A stretch of DNA of 64,000 bases from positions 32,001 to 96,000 of the IMG/VR virus record IMGVR_UViG_3300034152_000556. One strand, 5' to 3'. Of the stretch, positions 19,926-29,874 are shown piece by piece. Source of the DNA: a virus. The notes beneath the pieces were generated by a model. The model searched no databases. It saw only the letters and a program-made list of their open reading frames with translations, and was not told the DNA's origin. A program made the translations under genes and the position numbers. Positions within the stretch are counted from its first letter, which is position 1, and each line of letters begins with the position of its first letter.

Positions 19926-22551
19926 TCATTATCCTCCGAGAATCTACCGGATAGAATTCACTCATTTTCTCGTTTTGGGTGAACATACCTCTGAAGTTTG
20001 GTAATCCGGGTTGTAGGTCAACAATCAATTCTTTCTCTGACATTCTTGGTGGAAGAATGCCATGCGGTAGCGCGTAACTCTTAAACGTCTCATCAAACAC
20101 AAAATAATCATGTGCAAGATTTAGAACTGAACCTAGAGATGCACAGCGCGAATCACCAAGCTTGTTCTGAAAATACATATAATCATAATCTGACTTATAT
20201 GGACCTCCAGTGATTTCAAAGACATCTCCTGGTTGTATTTTGATTTTGTTCATATCAAGTGGCACATGCTGCGTCTTTTGCCATGTCTTTGTACCCATTC
20301 GCATCTTTGTGAAGTTTGCAATCACATCTTCAGCCCAAAGAGTCAAACCATTTGAGCAAAGTACAAGGGGTTCGTCGCAGCCTGTATCTGTGATAAATCC
20401 AATGATGATATTAACATCAGTTTTCGGGAAGTTTTGAATATCATCAACTTTTGCTTTTATTTTCATGCCTGTTTGTAGGGTCTTGTATTTTGTTTTAACG
20501 TGTCTTACTGCCCCCACATCTATATAGCTTTTGTTGCCTTTGATATAGACTTTTTCTGATAACTTTCCGTCTTTGTCTTGCAGAATAAACGAAACAGTTT
20601 GCAATTCATCGTTGACTTTGAATCCCATGATAGTTTTTATCTTCAACATTTCAAGCGGCGTTTCCCAGTTTGCACAGACCACTCGATCACCAACTTCAAA
20701 TTTAATATCTCCATCGAAGCTTGGTATGTTGAGTTTGCTACCATCTATCCATTGTCGTGTAATGCTTGTGAAAGGCACATCTGCTAAACCAGCATTGTGA
20801 TTGATGTAAAAACCATCTGGTGAAGCATATGCAACAAGAACTTCTTTTTTGTGTGAATCTGTTACCGATTTAATAGCTCTTAGCTTATAGTATCGGTTGC
20901 CAACTCTGAATGGCATATTATCTATTTTTTTCAACTTGTTTAGTTGTAGATATGTCACGGTATCTTGATTTTTTGGATCTAGAATATCAATACCACCGTT
21001 TTCATTTTTGAAACGATAAATTAAATCACCAGATGGTGAAACATCTAAATCAACAAATTCTAGATTTTTGAAAGTGCTGACAATTGATGTTGATGTTAAA
21101 GTGTCGTAGTGTTTTCCAGCGTCAAATGAGAGGCAATACTTTTTTCCTGGTTTTATCAAGCGACCGAAAAGTTTTGGTTTTTCAACATTGTACTTCTCGA
21201 TCTCAAGACCATCAACAGCGGTAAAGTACTCATCACCTAAGCGAAACTCAGGTACGCCATTGAACTCTCGAATTGATATTAGCTTTTTAAATAGGGGTTT
21301 CTGGCTTACTGCGGTTTTGACAGTAACGATATCACCAATAGTTAGCTTCTTACCATTGTATTTGATATTTGCTTTTTCTTGCCTTGTCTTCATTTCTTCG
21401 AGAATTTTATCTTTGAGTTTCTTCGTAAGCTGTATCATGCGATATTCTCCATTTGGTTTTTCATATCGCATGTGAGATATATTGGGTGTTCTTGCAGATG
21501 ATAGAAATGATACCACTCTAACTTCTTGATTTTTATGAGTGAAGGTGTCTCCCGGATATAGAAGAAACATCCCATTGCTATCAAGATGTACAACTGCCGA
21601 TGCGTTTTCTTTCAATGGCTGTGGTTTTGTATCATCGGTGATTTCATCTGATGAGAAACTAGTTTTGAAGAATGTTGTAATTCTTGATATATCAGCAGAT
21701 ACGCTAGAATTTAGACTTATATTACGACCACTATTAAGCGTGTATTTGATAGCTGCACCGAGAGTTGCTTTTTTTGCCAACAGCCACCTGACTTTAAATA
21801 TAAACATTGGGTCGTTGATGGTTCGATGTGCCCACTCTATCGGATTTGAGACATACGGTGTCTTTGCTTGATGATATCGATTTGGGTTATACATATAGTC
21901 CGAGTTAAATTCGTTGTTCCAGAAAAAGTGCATATAATTTTGAATGAACACTGCAACGTTTGGATAGTTCGAACCCATACCATCACCTAGACAGCACCAT
22001 AGACCATCGTTTAGATTTGGAAGATTGGCATAAAACATCGGGTCACCCATGCCCATTACTGGCGCTGGTCTGAAATAAACGGTAGAACCACGATAACGGT
22101 TGTTTGAATCAACAATAACAATATGGATGATATATGGAAATGCAAAGTTGATTGTATGTAGTTCTCGTGAGCCGCCTTTGCTATCGAAGTGTTTATCAAT
22201 CACATCTTTCCACTCATCATACATTCCACGGTCTCGTGCGTCTTTAATTTCATTTGCAAAGTTTCTACGCATGTTGACTGTTCTAATTGCTGGTTGTTCT
22301 TCGATAACAACACACTTATTTCCGTGCATATCTTCATATATGTAGCGACAGTTCATGGGAAGGATACCATCGTAGGTAAACTCTCTTGTTGTTAGCCTCT
22401 TCTGTAATTGGTTCAGAAGAATATTTGTTGGAATTATACCTTTCGTAATTTTTGCTTTTGGGTCTTTCCAACTTTCATCTCTATATTTATCTGGAATTTC
22501 GCTGCCGTATAGAACGGCGTACTTCTTGTTCAGCCGAATCTCTTCGATCAT
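19918..22551 (-). CDS. Large protein with N-terminal prokaryotic E2-like domain (PRTRC protein B-like)
   Basis: FPY...YFR...ANLPNLNDGLWCCLG...FWNNEFNSD. First gene of the E2-JAB-E1-Ubl cluster. Confidence 0.65.
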   Translation of the reverse strand: MIEEIRLNKKYAVLYGSEIPDKYRDESWKDPKAKITKGIIPTNILLNQLQKRLTTREFTYDGILPMNCRYIYEDMHGNKCVVIEEQPAIRTVNMRRNFANEIKDARDRGMYDEWKDVIDKHFDSKGGSRELHTINFAFPYIIHIVIVDSNNRYRGSTVYFRPAPVMGMGDPMFYANLPNLNDGLWCCLGDGMGSNYPNVAVFIQNYMHFFWNNEFNSDYMYNPNRYHQAKTPYVSNPIEWAHRTINDPMFIFKVRWLLAKKATLGAAIKYTLNSGRNISLNSSVSADISRITTFFKTSFSSDEITDDTKPQPLKENASAVVHLDSNGMFLLYPGDTFTHKNQEVRVVSFLSSARTPNISHMRYEKPNGEYRMIQLTKKLKDKILEEMKTRQEKANIKYNGKKLTIGDIVTVKTAVSQKPLFKKLISIREFNGVPEFRLGDEYFTAVDGLEIEKYNVEKPKLFGRLIKPGKKYCLSFDAGKHYDTLTSTSIVSTFKNLEFVDLDVSPSGDLIYRFKNENGGIDILDPKNQDTVTYLQLNKLKKIDNMPFRVGNRYYKLRAIKSVTDSHKKEVLVAYASPDGFYINHNAGLADVPFTSITRQWIDGSKLNIPSFDGDIKFEVGDRVVCANWETPLEMLKIKTIMGFKVNDELQTVSFILQDKDGKLSEKVYIKGNKSYIDVGAVRHVKTKYKTLQTGMKIKAKVDDIQNFPKTDVNIIIGFITDTGCDEPLVLCSNGLTLWAEDVIANFTKMRMGTKTWQKTQHVPLDMNKIKIQPGDVFEITGGPYKSDYDYMYFQNKLGDSRCASLGSVLNLAHDYFVFDETFKSYALPHGILPPRMSEKELIVDLQPGLPNFRGMFTQNEKMSEFYPVDSRRIMNV

Positions 22552-22554
22552 TCT

Positions 22555-22929
22555 TTATTCTCCTCGAAAGTATTTCACAAGTTTCGCATACTCCGTTAGA
22601 ATGTTCTTTGCCTTTGCCTCTTTAATATCCCAAGATTTCTTCGGAAATTTTTGAGTTTCTCGTGGGTCAGATTTTATCGCAGCCTTTGGTATTGACCAAA
22701 GTCTTGCAACATAATGACCTATGCTTTCGCGTTCTAATGTTAGATAACACAGTTCGCTATCATAACGACCTGGAACTTCTAAAGTGAGAATGACATTTGG
22801 CCCTTGCGGGGCATATTTTATATTCATATGAGGATGTTCTTCTTTTTCAATTAGGTCGCACATCTCTCTTACTTTATCAAGTTCCTCATCGTATGGTGTT
22901 CCTGCAATGAGTTTTCCTAGTGTTTTCAT
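22555..22929 (-). CDS. Hypothetical protein
   Basis: Likely start MKTLGK, ATGA-coupled to the previous gene. Confidence 0.65.
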   Translation of the reverse strand: MKTLGKLIAGTPYDEELDKVREMCDLIEKEEHPHMNIKYAPQGPNVILTLEVPGRYDSELCYLTLERESIGHYVARLWSIPKAAIKSDPRETQKFPKKSWDIKEAKAKNILTEYAKLVKYFRGE

Positions 22930-23234
22930 GCTGGTTTCCTTATTCTGTATCTTACCTTGTCTAACTCTACCCAATCGGCTTGCTTAAATGGAATAGAACG
23001 CCATTCTTGTTTTTCCAAATCAAAGCAATGAATTATTCCATTTTTACGCATTAAATTGACGATTTTCTTAATATTTACAGATTTCGGATGTTGCTTTTTT
23101 GGAATTTGAGTAAAGTCTAAGGTGCATACCATTACTCGAATTGTTCCGTCCTTTTTCTTGAATTTGACAACAGCTTCTTTTGCTTTAGAAAGCTTTTCCC
23201 AAAAATCAAGAGCAGATGTGATTTCATCAGCCAT
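22926..23234 (-). CDS. WYL-like SH3 beta-barrel protein (DUF2693-like)
   Basis: VKFKKKDGTIR...CTL...FDLEKQEWRS. Confidence 0.7.
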   Translation of the reverse strand: MADEITSALDFWEKLSKAKEAVVKFKKKDGTIRVMVCTLDFTQIPKKQHPKSVNIKKIVNLMRKNGIIHCFDLEKQEWRSIPFKQADWVELDKVRYRIRKPA

Positions 23235-24267
23235 CTTTCTTACCCTCCCTTACATCTAGGTGTACTAACCCTGCAACATCATCAGTCATGCTCATAAGCT
23301 GGCATGTATGATTACAGAGTTGACAATAATTTCTTTTATCTCGTATCAGTGCTTCTCTCACTTGATATGATACCTCTCTCCTTTGAACAAACAGATTCAT
23401 TAGAGAGTTATACTTTGGAGTATGTACGCCTCTTATACGCAGACAAAGTCGAATTGAACCATCAGCATCTATGGTAATATTATGAATACCTTGCTCTAAG
23501 AAACAATCTAACTTTGCTGGTAAAATATCAAAAATCTTTTCTAATAGATAATGCTTCATATGAACATTACATTTTCGGTCATCTAGTATTTTTACAAGTT
23601 CACCAGCGAGTCGCAGACTTGGTCTTACCAACTGTTCTGTACCATAAACATTTGAAAAGTCATACCAGCTGTTTTTTGCGATATCGACAAATGTCAAATC
23701 GCTACAGATACCCAAGTCTGAAAGTTTCCTGATAAACCTATGTAGATCAGAAATATCATGTTTCATTACGGTTACTTCAGCAACAAGGTCTTTGATTTTC
23801 GTGTGTTCTTTCAAAACTACTAAATTTGCTAGACCTTCTCGACTCTTTTTTGCTCGATCTGAATTATCAGTTGCTAAAACAGGGTCGATGGATGCTGTGA
23901 AACCTTTTATCTCATCGACACTTCTTAATAGATTGGTGATTCTATCTTGAATGCCTCTTGAGTTGTTGCTTATAATTGTATAATGCATTCTGTTTTCATT
24001 GCAGAAGTTTATTATATCTGGTAAGTCATTTCTTAGTAATGGTTCGCCGCCATAGAAGATATGAAAACAATCTGGGTTGTGCATTTTAAATTGCAACAAA
24101 GCCATCTTGATATAATCCAGCGACATTTCATTTTTATGATAATAAGATGAGATTGGATAGTCACCTTGACCGCCTCCACCGGCTATGATAGCACAGTACT
24201 TGCAGTTTAAATTGCAACGGCGAGTTAGTATCCAATTCACAATTTTGATTCGTTCTTTATTTTCCAA
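23227..24267 (-). CDS. Radical SAM protein
   Basis: CNLNCKYC, GGEPLL, C-terminal Cys cluster (SPASM/twitch-like). Confidence 0.88.
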   Translation of the reverse strand: MENKERIKIVNWILTRRCNLNCKYCAIIAGGGGQGDYPISSYYHKNEMSLDYIKMALLQFKMHNPDCFHIFYGGEPLLRNDLPDIINFCNENRMHYTIISNNSRGIQDRITNLLRSVDEIKGFTASIDPVLATDNSDRAKKSREGLANLVVLKEHTKIKDLVAEVTVMKHDISDLHRFIRKLSDLGICSDLTFVDIAKNSWYDFSNVYGTEQLVRPSLRLAGELVKILDDRKCNVHMKHYLLEKIFDILPAKLDCFLEQGIHNITIDADGSIRLCLRIRGVHTPKYNSLMNLFVQRREVSYQVREALIRDKRNYCQLCNHTCQLMSMTDDVAGLVHLDVREGKKDG

Positions 24268-26446
24268 GTTCTAGTACCTCATCTGCTTCGAGTTGATCAA
24301 CATGTCTGTGTGATATAATTAAAATATGTTTATCTTTAACAACACTTCTAAGAACTTTAGAAACATAACCAATATTCTCGTCGTCAAGACTGTCGAATAT
24401 TTCATCAAACAACAAGATGTTATATCGAACATCTTGAACACGTTCTTGAAGATCACCAAGCGTTAAAATTGTTGCAATATCAACCAATCTAGTTTGCCCA
24501 CCTGAAAATTGAACTCTTGAGTTTGCTTTGGTTTCTGTGTCAAGAACATTTACAGAAATCTTGTCTCGAAATTCACCAGCCTTAGTTGCTGATAAAGTAT
24601 CAAATGAGACTACGTATCTCCCATCTGACATTCTATCAAGATATTCCATAACGCGCTCATTCATAAAAGGTATTGATTCATCAATGAGCATTGATGGTAT
24701 ACCTGTTGGTGAAAACCCAGTTTTCCAAACTTCTGCAATCTTTTGTTGTCTGACATATGTTTCAAGTTGTTCTTTAAAAGTTTTAACATTGTTTCTGTAA
24801 TTATCTTTTTGCATCTTTAATGTTTGTAGATTTGATTTATCAAATTCTCGATTTCGTTCTCTCTTGAGCCTTTCTTCAAGGTTTTCGATTTCGTTTTTGC
24901 ATCTTTCTATATAAAGAGTTTTTGTATTGATATCATCTTTGAGTTTTGTAAGCTCTTCTTTTTGTGCTAAAAACTCGTTATAAGATTTCTCAAGCTCTTC
25001 TTTTTCAGCTTGATATTTAGCCTTAATATCTTGTTCAGTTTTTGTTGCTATATCTGCAACCTGTGTAAGAGCTGTTTCCAAACGTTGTTTGTAAACGTTA
25101 ATCATTTGATTATATGATTCTTCAGCATGTGCAAGTTGTGATTCTTGGTGTCGTTTTTCAGAGTCGAGTTGTTTGAGGACTTCTTTTAACTTTTCTCTGA
25201 TTCCACTCACCATGTGCTCTTTCTGTTTCATTTGTTCAGTAAGATTTTGTATTTCGCTGTCACACGCTTGTATTTTTTCTTGTAGATGTGATATTGCGTC
25301 ATCGTCTATATCACGTTTACAAGTTGGACAGGTTTTAACATCTGAATTTAGAACTTTGGTGAGCTCCTCTTTCATATTGTTCAAAGATAAAACTTGTCCA
25401 TGCAGATATGATGCTTCTGATTCAATTTTGCCTTGCTTGCCTTCTGCAACATTTTTTTGTGTGAGAATTTCACGCTGAATAGAATTGATCATATCTAAGA
25501 ACTTGCTTTTTTCTTTTGAAAATTTTTCGTATTCCTCTCTTTCCTTAGCAGATGCCGCCGCTTTAAGTTCACTCTCTTTTTTGTCTCGATGCACTGCTAA
25601 AGAATCTAAAGCTTGTTTAGCTTTTTGTGACAACTCATTAAATGTGTTTTCAATATTTTTCAAATCGTCAACAAGCTTAGTAAGTATTTTTTCTTGAGCC
25701 AAAAGATTCTTCAGAGACTCTTCTCTTAGTTTCAAAGACTCTTTCTCATCGCTAATCTCATCTTCTAAAGTTTCTATCAACTTTGTCTGTTCTTGATAAA
25801 AAGTGGTTTCGCGAATTCGCTCTCTGGTAAGTTGATTTTCAATCTCTTCAATGCGACCTTCTGTTACTTTAATTTCAGAATTTTTGTCAGCTATAAGATT
25901 TTTAATATCTTTCAGAGCGTCTCGAACAAGATCATATCTTGCTTCCCATTTTTGGAATGAAAGAATCTTTCTGAAGATGTCCTTCTTCTCAGAGTCAATC
26001 AAGTCTGTAAAGAAATCTTTAACCTTTTGGCCGAACAATCTGGTGTTCATAAATAGATTCTTTGGACTTACCAAGGTTTCAATTTCAGGTACTACATCTT
26101 TGTGACCTTTTTTTATGTCTTTTCCGTTCTTCTTTAATATAACGGTGTTTCCAATGCGAGTGTATTTTACATAACGAGTGACATTGTATTGGTCTTCGTT
26201 GATGATAAAATCTAACTCAACCTTACAGTTTTTACCTATTACATTATTTACAACATCTTCGTTTCTAGCCCCTTTGCTCGTTATACCATATAGAGCAAAT
26301 GGTATGGCATCAAACATCATGGTTTTGCCGACACCATTGGGACCATTGATCATCGTCAGTTTTCCATTTTCAAACTGCAATTCCATCGGGTCAATATATG
26401 GCCCAAAATTCTCCATTCTAACCCGCTGAAAGGTTATGTCTTTCAT
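24257..26446 (-). CDS. sbcC: SbcC/Rad50-like ATPase (T4 gp46-like)
   Basis: GPNGVGKT, coiled coil with CPTC zinc hook, FSGGQ signature, LLFDEIFDSLD, ISH. Confidence 0.92.
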   Translation of the reverse strand: MKDITFQRVRMENFGPYIDPMELQFENGKLTMINGPNGVGKTMMFDAIPFALYGITSKGARNEDVVNNVIGKNCKVELDFIINEDQYNVTRYVKYTRIGNTVILKKNGKDIKKGHKDVVPEIETLVSPKNLFMNTRLFGQKVKDFFTDLIDSEKKDIFRKILSFQKWEARYDLVRDALKDIKNLIADKNSEIKVTEGRIEEIENQLTRERIRETTFYQEQTKLIETLEDEISDEKESLKLREESLKNLLAQEKILTKLVDDLKNIENTFNELSQKAKQALDSLAVHRDKKESELKAAASAKEREEYEKFSKEKSKFLDMINSIQREILTQKNVAEGKQGKIESEASYLHGQVLSLNNMKEELTKVLNSDVKTCPTCKRDIDDDAISHLQEKIQACDSEIQNLTEQMKQKEHMVSGIREKLKEVLKQLDSEKRHQESQLAHAEESYNQMINVYKQRLETALTQVADIATKTEQDIKAKYQAEKEELEKSYNEFLAQKEELTKLKDDINTKTLYIERCKNEIENLEERLKRERNREFDKSNLQTLKMQKDNYRNNVKTFKEQLETYVRQQKIAEVWKTGFSPTGIPSMLIDESIPFMNERVMEYLDRMSDGRYVVSFDTLSATKAGEFRDKISVNVLDTETKANSRVQFSGGQTRLVDIATILTLGDLQERVQDVRYNILLFDEIFDSLDDENIGYVSKVLRSVVKDKHILIISHRHVDQLEADEVLELGK

Positions 26447-27479
26447 TATCTTCTCCCTCCAGCTTTCTGATGAATTCAATATACTCATCATGCTCTTCTT
26501 CTGGTATTTCTTGACCAGCTAGATACCGTCTCAAGATTTCTTCGTCTGTCATCGAAGAGCTAAGACCGCGATCTGTTATATCTTTGTCTGTTCTATCTAC
26601 AATTATAAATTCTTTTTCCAGCTTGTCTGTGTCAATCGTTTCTTTCTTTATGATCTTAACAAGATGCCCCTCTTGTCGAAGCCTTTCTGCTTTCTGAATT
26701 GTTTCTTTTATATTCTTTTTTGTCAGATCAAGCTGTACGTGTTTACGATAACCAGATGTTGGTATGCTTTCTACCTCTAAGGTTTCAGAATCAACAACGA
26801 GAAATCTTTTTTCATCATCTTTTTCTCCCCAATCCAATTGAATTGGTGAACCAGCATAAAATATTCTGACATTTTCATTGCTGACTTCTTGTGGTTTATG
26901 GTAGTGACCAAGCAACACCAGATCATAATTGTTTTCTAGATGTCGAATGCTTATATCGGAAATAATACTTAAACCAGAATTTACAACGGCTTCGTTCAAA
27001 CCAAAGTGCGATATAAGAATATTAGCTTTAGCCTTTTTAATAGTAACTGCCATATCTGAGCTGTAAGGTACTATTAGAATAGACGGTCCTGCATCGATTT
27101 TGGCTATAGACCCACACATTCCGTGTGTTGCATTTATCTCAACAGAGTCATGATGATCTAGAAATTCAAGTGCTGAGATTGCATCTTTGCCTTTATGCGA
27201 AAGGTCATGATTACCAGTTACAACCCAAAACTTCAATTGACGGTAATCTTCTAAAAAGTCTAACAACAATTTCTGTGCAAGACTGTAGATTATTGACTTA
27301 TTGTGCATGATGTCGCCACCAATAACCATGACCCCTATATCATTTTTAACACAGTGATCTGCAATATTTCTCAATGCTTGCATAATACTATGTAATCTAT
27401 CTGGTAGACCCGTCATTTCATTTATGGGGTCTTGACCGTACCTAGAAAGGTGTAGATCAGCTGTAAAAGCAAATTTCAT
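26418..27479 (-). CDS. sbcD: SbcD/Mre11-like nuclease (T4 gp47-like)
   Basis: ADLH, GGD, GNHD, GHYH metallophosphoesterase motifs. Confidence 0.92.
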   Translation of the reverse strand: MKFAFTADLHLSRYGQDPINEMTGLPDRLHSIMQALRNIADHCVKNDIGVMVIGGDIMHNKSIIYSLAQKLLLDFLEDYRQLKFWVVTGNHDLSHKGKDAISALEFLDHHDSVEINATHGMCGSIAKIDAGPSILIVPYSSDMAVTIKKAKANILISHFGLNEAVVNSGLSIISDISIRHLENNYDLVLLGHYHKPQEVSNENVRIFYAGSPIQLDWGEKDDEKRFLVVDSETLEVESIPTSGYRKHVQLDLTKKNIKETIQKAERLRQEGHLVKIIKKETIDTDKLEKEFIIVDRTDKDITDRGLSSSMTDEEILRRYLAGQEIPEEEHDEYIEFIRKLEGEDNERHNLSAG

Positions 27480-27655
27480 AGTTGTTCTCCGTTTGAAGAT
27501 TTTTCGACGGTTTCTTCAATTTGAATTCTTTCTTTTTCTGAATCTGTTGAATCAACTACTTTCAGGAAGATGTTAAGCGCCAATACTGCTAGAAGAGCAG
27601 TAATTGCGATAGAAACCATTAATTCGATCAGAGTAAATCCTTTACTTTTTTTCAT
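27476..27655 (-). CDS. Small type IV prepilin-like protein
   Basis: MKKSKG|FTLIELMVSIAITALLAVLAL, a class III signal peptide with G-1/F+1/E+5. Confidence 0.8.
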   Translation of the reverse strand: MKKSKGFTLIELMVSIAITALLAVLALNIFLKVVDSTDSEKERIQIEETVEKSSNGEQL

Positions 27656-28091
27656 TTTCATTCTCCTCAAAATGTAAACATCTATCGATTGTTCGTAAGT
27701 GAGTTTTTATATAAATTTCTGATAACTTATCTGTGTTGACACCAATCATTTCACCTGATTTGTCATATTGCCCAAATTCATTAATTGTGAAACCTTCTTT
27801 TTCAATTAGATTGTATGCAGCATAGTATGCCATCTCCTCAAGATGATCACCTTCTAGTTGCCACACTCTTTCGCATTTCTTTAGTCTTGCTAAAATTTTA
27901 AATACCATATTTGTGAATGCTCGGGTGTCTATGTCATTATTCAAAACTTTTTCAATTTCGTTTTCTTCAAGCATATCACTTGATTTAAGAGCATTTATCA
28001 TTTCTTCATCTGTTGGTTCAAACCAATCTGGTATGAACACTAAATATGATGTTGATGAGCTGTTGGTCACAAAATCTCCTTTAATTTTCAT
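27642..28091 (-). CDS. Hypothetical protein, MKIK.DFVTNSSS family
   Basis: Starts MKIKGDFVTNSSSTSY; paralogue of the adjacent gene. Confidence 0.75.
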   Translation of the reverse strand: MKIKGDFVTNSSSTSYLVFIPDWFEPTDEEMINALKSSDMLEENEIEKVLNNDIDTRAFTNMVFKILARLKKCERVWQLEGDHLEEMAYYAAYNLIEKEGFTINEFGQYDKSGEMIGVNTDKLSEIYIKTHLRTIDRCLHFEENENEKK

Positions 28092-28474
28092 AACTCTATT
28101 TTTTTCAGATTTAATTGAGTATACCAATCATCAACCATTGATTTTGGTATTACATGAATTACACCTTCATAGTCTGGTGCGTATGTATCAAGTAATATGA
28201 CAGCATCACTACCTAGTGATTCAATAATGCTATAGTAAATGCTTTCATTTTCAGTTTGTGTAAAGGTCACATAATCTTTTGCTTCTTTTATCTCCTCTAA
28301 TGCATCCCTTACAGATTCAACTAACTTATCTATTTCGGTGTAACCAAGGTCTTGTTCGACATATTCGCAAGCCTTCATGATATCTTCATCACTTGGTACT
28401 TGCCAGTTGTCGGGAACACATATGAGATATGATGTTGATGAACTGTTCGTGACAAAGTCTAATTTTATTTTCAT
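28088..28474 (-). CDS. Hypothetical protein, MKIK.DFVTNSSS family
   Basis: Starts MKIKLDFVTNSSSTSY. Confidence 0.75.
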   Translation of the reverse strand: MKIKLDFVTNSSSTSYLICVPDNWQVPSDEDIMKACEYVEQDLGYTEIDKLVESVRDALEEIKEAKDYVTFTQTENESIYYSIIESLGSDAVILLDTYAPDYEGVIHVIPKSMVDDWYTQLNLKKIEL

Positions 28475-29874
28475 GCTCCACTCAATATTTGCATGGCTTG
28501 ATCTCTTTCAACGTTTGTGACCTTACCTTTGTAGTACAAGAGAAAACGTATAGACCACTCTTTTGCATCATAGAAATCAAGTCTGCTATAGAAGGTTCGA
28601 GATATTTTCTGACAACCAAAGTCAACCATGTCAATGATAATCGGTGTTTTCTTTCCTGGTTTATTTCTAACAATTCTACCAGTTAACTGCTCAACATTTG
28701 AAATCGGTGAGGTCATAATTACACAATCTTTCCAAGGTGCGTCGATGCCGTCTCGACACTTACCGGGAGTTGCGAACGAGACTTTGCTCTTTAATGCATC
28801 AAGCGATGCTGATGCATAAAACTTTGATTTACTCTTGACGTTGAGTTTACTATATAAATCATCAATTATCTTTTTTCTTTCGACCACTACAAGCATTTCT
28901 CGTTCGTTACATAATCTATTAAGCAAGTCAGTGGTAGCAGCAATAAACGGTTTTGATTTTCTCATCATTGTTAGGTATCTGCTTTTTTGAAACTCACCGC
29001 CCCAATACAGATAGTAGCGGCTTTTTGGTTGATCAATATCGTAGTGTACCAACAGAACCGTGACTTTTGGTATCATTGTACCTTCGATATCATTATCAGA
29101 AAATATCTTGCCAAGGTGATACTCAATTATATCACCATTTCCATCGTAACGATATGGTGTAGCACTCAGACCATACGTGTATTTTGCAGGGACATGAATT
29201 GAACACTCAGAGAAAGATGGTGCGCCAACCGATGTATGAACTTCATCAGCGATCATGATACCAATCTTTGCATCATTGAGTGCAAACAGAAAATCAGCCC
29301 TCTGTCTTTTTAAACACGATTTAAAGGTCTGAACTGTTGAAATAATTATTGGTTTTTGAAAATCATCTTTGAAAGTTGTTGAACTTAACAATGCGATGTC
29401 ATCATCTTCAAGATTTGTGAATTGAATGAACCGCTCTCTCCATTGCTTTGCAAGATTCTCTAGATGCACAAGCACTAAAGTTTTGCGTTTGCGCTCACCA
29501 ACCACATAGATTGAAATAACAGTTTTGCCTACACCGGGAGCTAGCTGTAATAGAGCACGGTCGTTCTCAAGTATATGTGCTATTGTTTTTTCTTGTAATT
29601 CGCTTCTTGGAGTGATGTTGTGTTGAATGTTAATTTGCTCACCCTCTTGTTGATGATTATCAATAACAGGGTTTGGTACGAATTTGTTAATCGGAAAATA
29701 TCTTGGTAAGAGAAGAAATTTCTCAGACTCAATATAAAACCGACTAACTTCAAATTCAGACGATTGGTATGCGCGGCTTCGTCGTGTTAAATGTTTTTTT
29801 ATTTCTTTGTAGAACTCCTCGTTTTCATGTTCACGAGATATTAATAGACCCGACCTTTGTATGACTTTTATCAT
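28471..29874 (-). CDS. SF2 DExH helicase (UvsW-like)
   Basis: APGVGKT, DEVH, GLSATP, QLTGRIVR. Confidence 0.9.
   Translation of the reverse strand: MIKVIQRSGLLISREHENEEFYKEIKKHLTRRSRAYQSSEFEVSRFYIESEKFLLLPRYFPINKFVPNPVIDNHQQEGEQINIQHNITPRSELQEKTIAHILENDRALLQLAPGVGKTVISIYVVGERKRKTLVLVHLENLAKQWRERFIQFTNLEDDDIALLSSTTFKDDFQKPIIISTVQTFKSCLKRQRADFLFALNDAKIGIMIADEVHTSVGAPSFSECSIHVPAKYTYGLSATPYRYDGNGDIIEYHLGKIFSDNDIEGTMIPKVTVLLVHYDIDQPKSRYYLYWGGEFQKSRYLTMMRKSKPFIAATTDLLNRLCNEREMLVVVERKKIIDDLYSKLNVKSKSKFYASASLDALKSKVSFATPGKCRDGIDAPWKDCVIMTSPISNVEQLTGRIVRNKPGKKTPIIIDMVDFGCQKISRTFYSRLDFYDAKEWSIRFLLYYKGKVTNVERDQAMQILSGA

Noticed and set aside
23227-24267. Assigning the radical SAM protein as QueE
   Set aside because: It is longer than typical QueE, has a C-terminal Cys cluster, lacks the QueE N-terminal signature and is not adjacent to queD.
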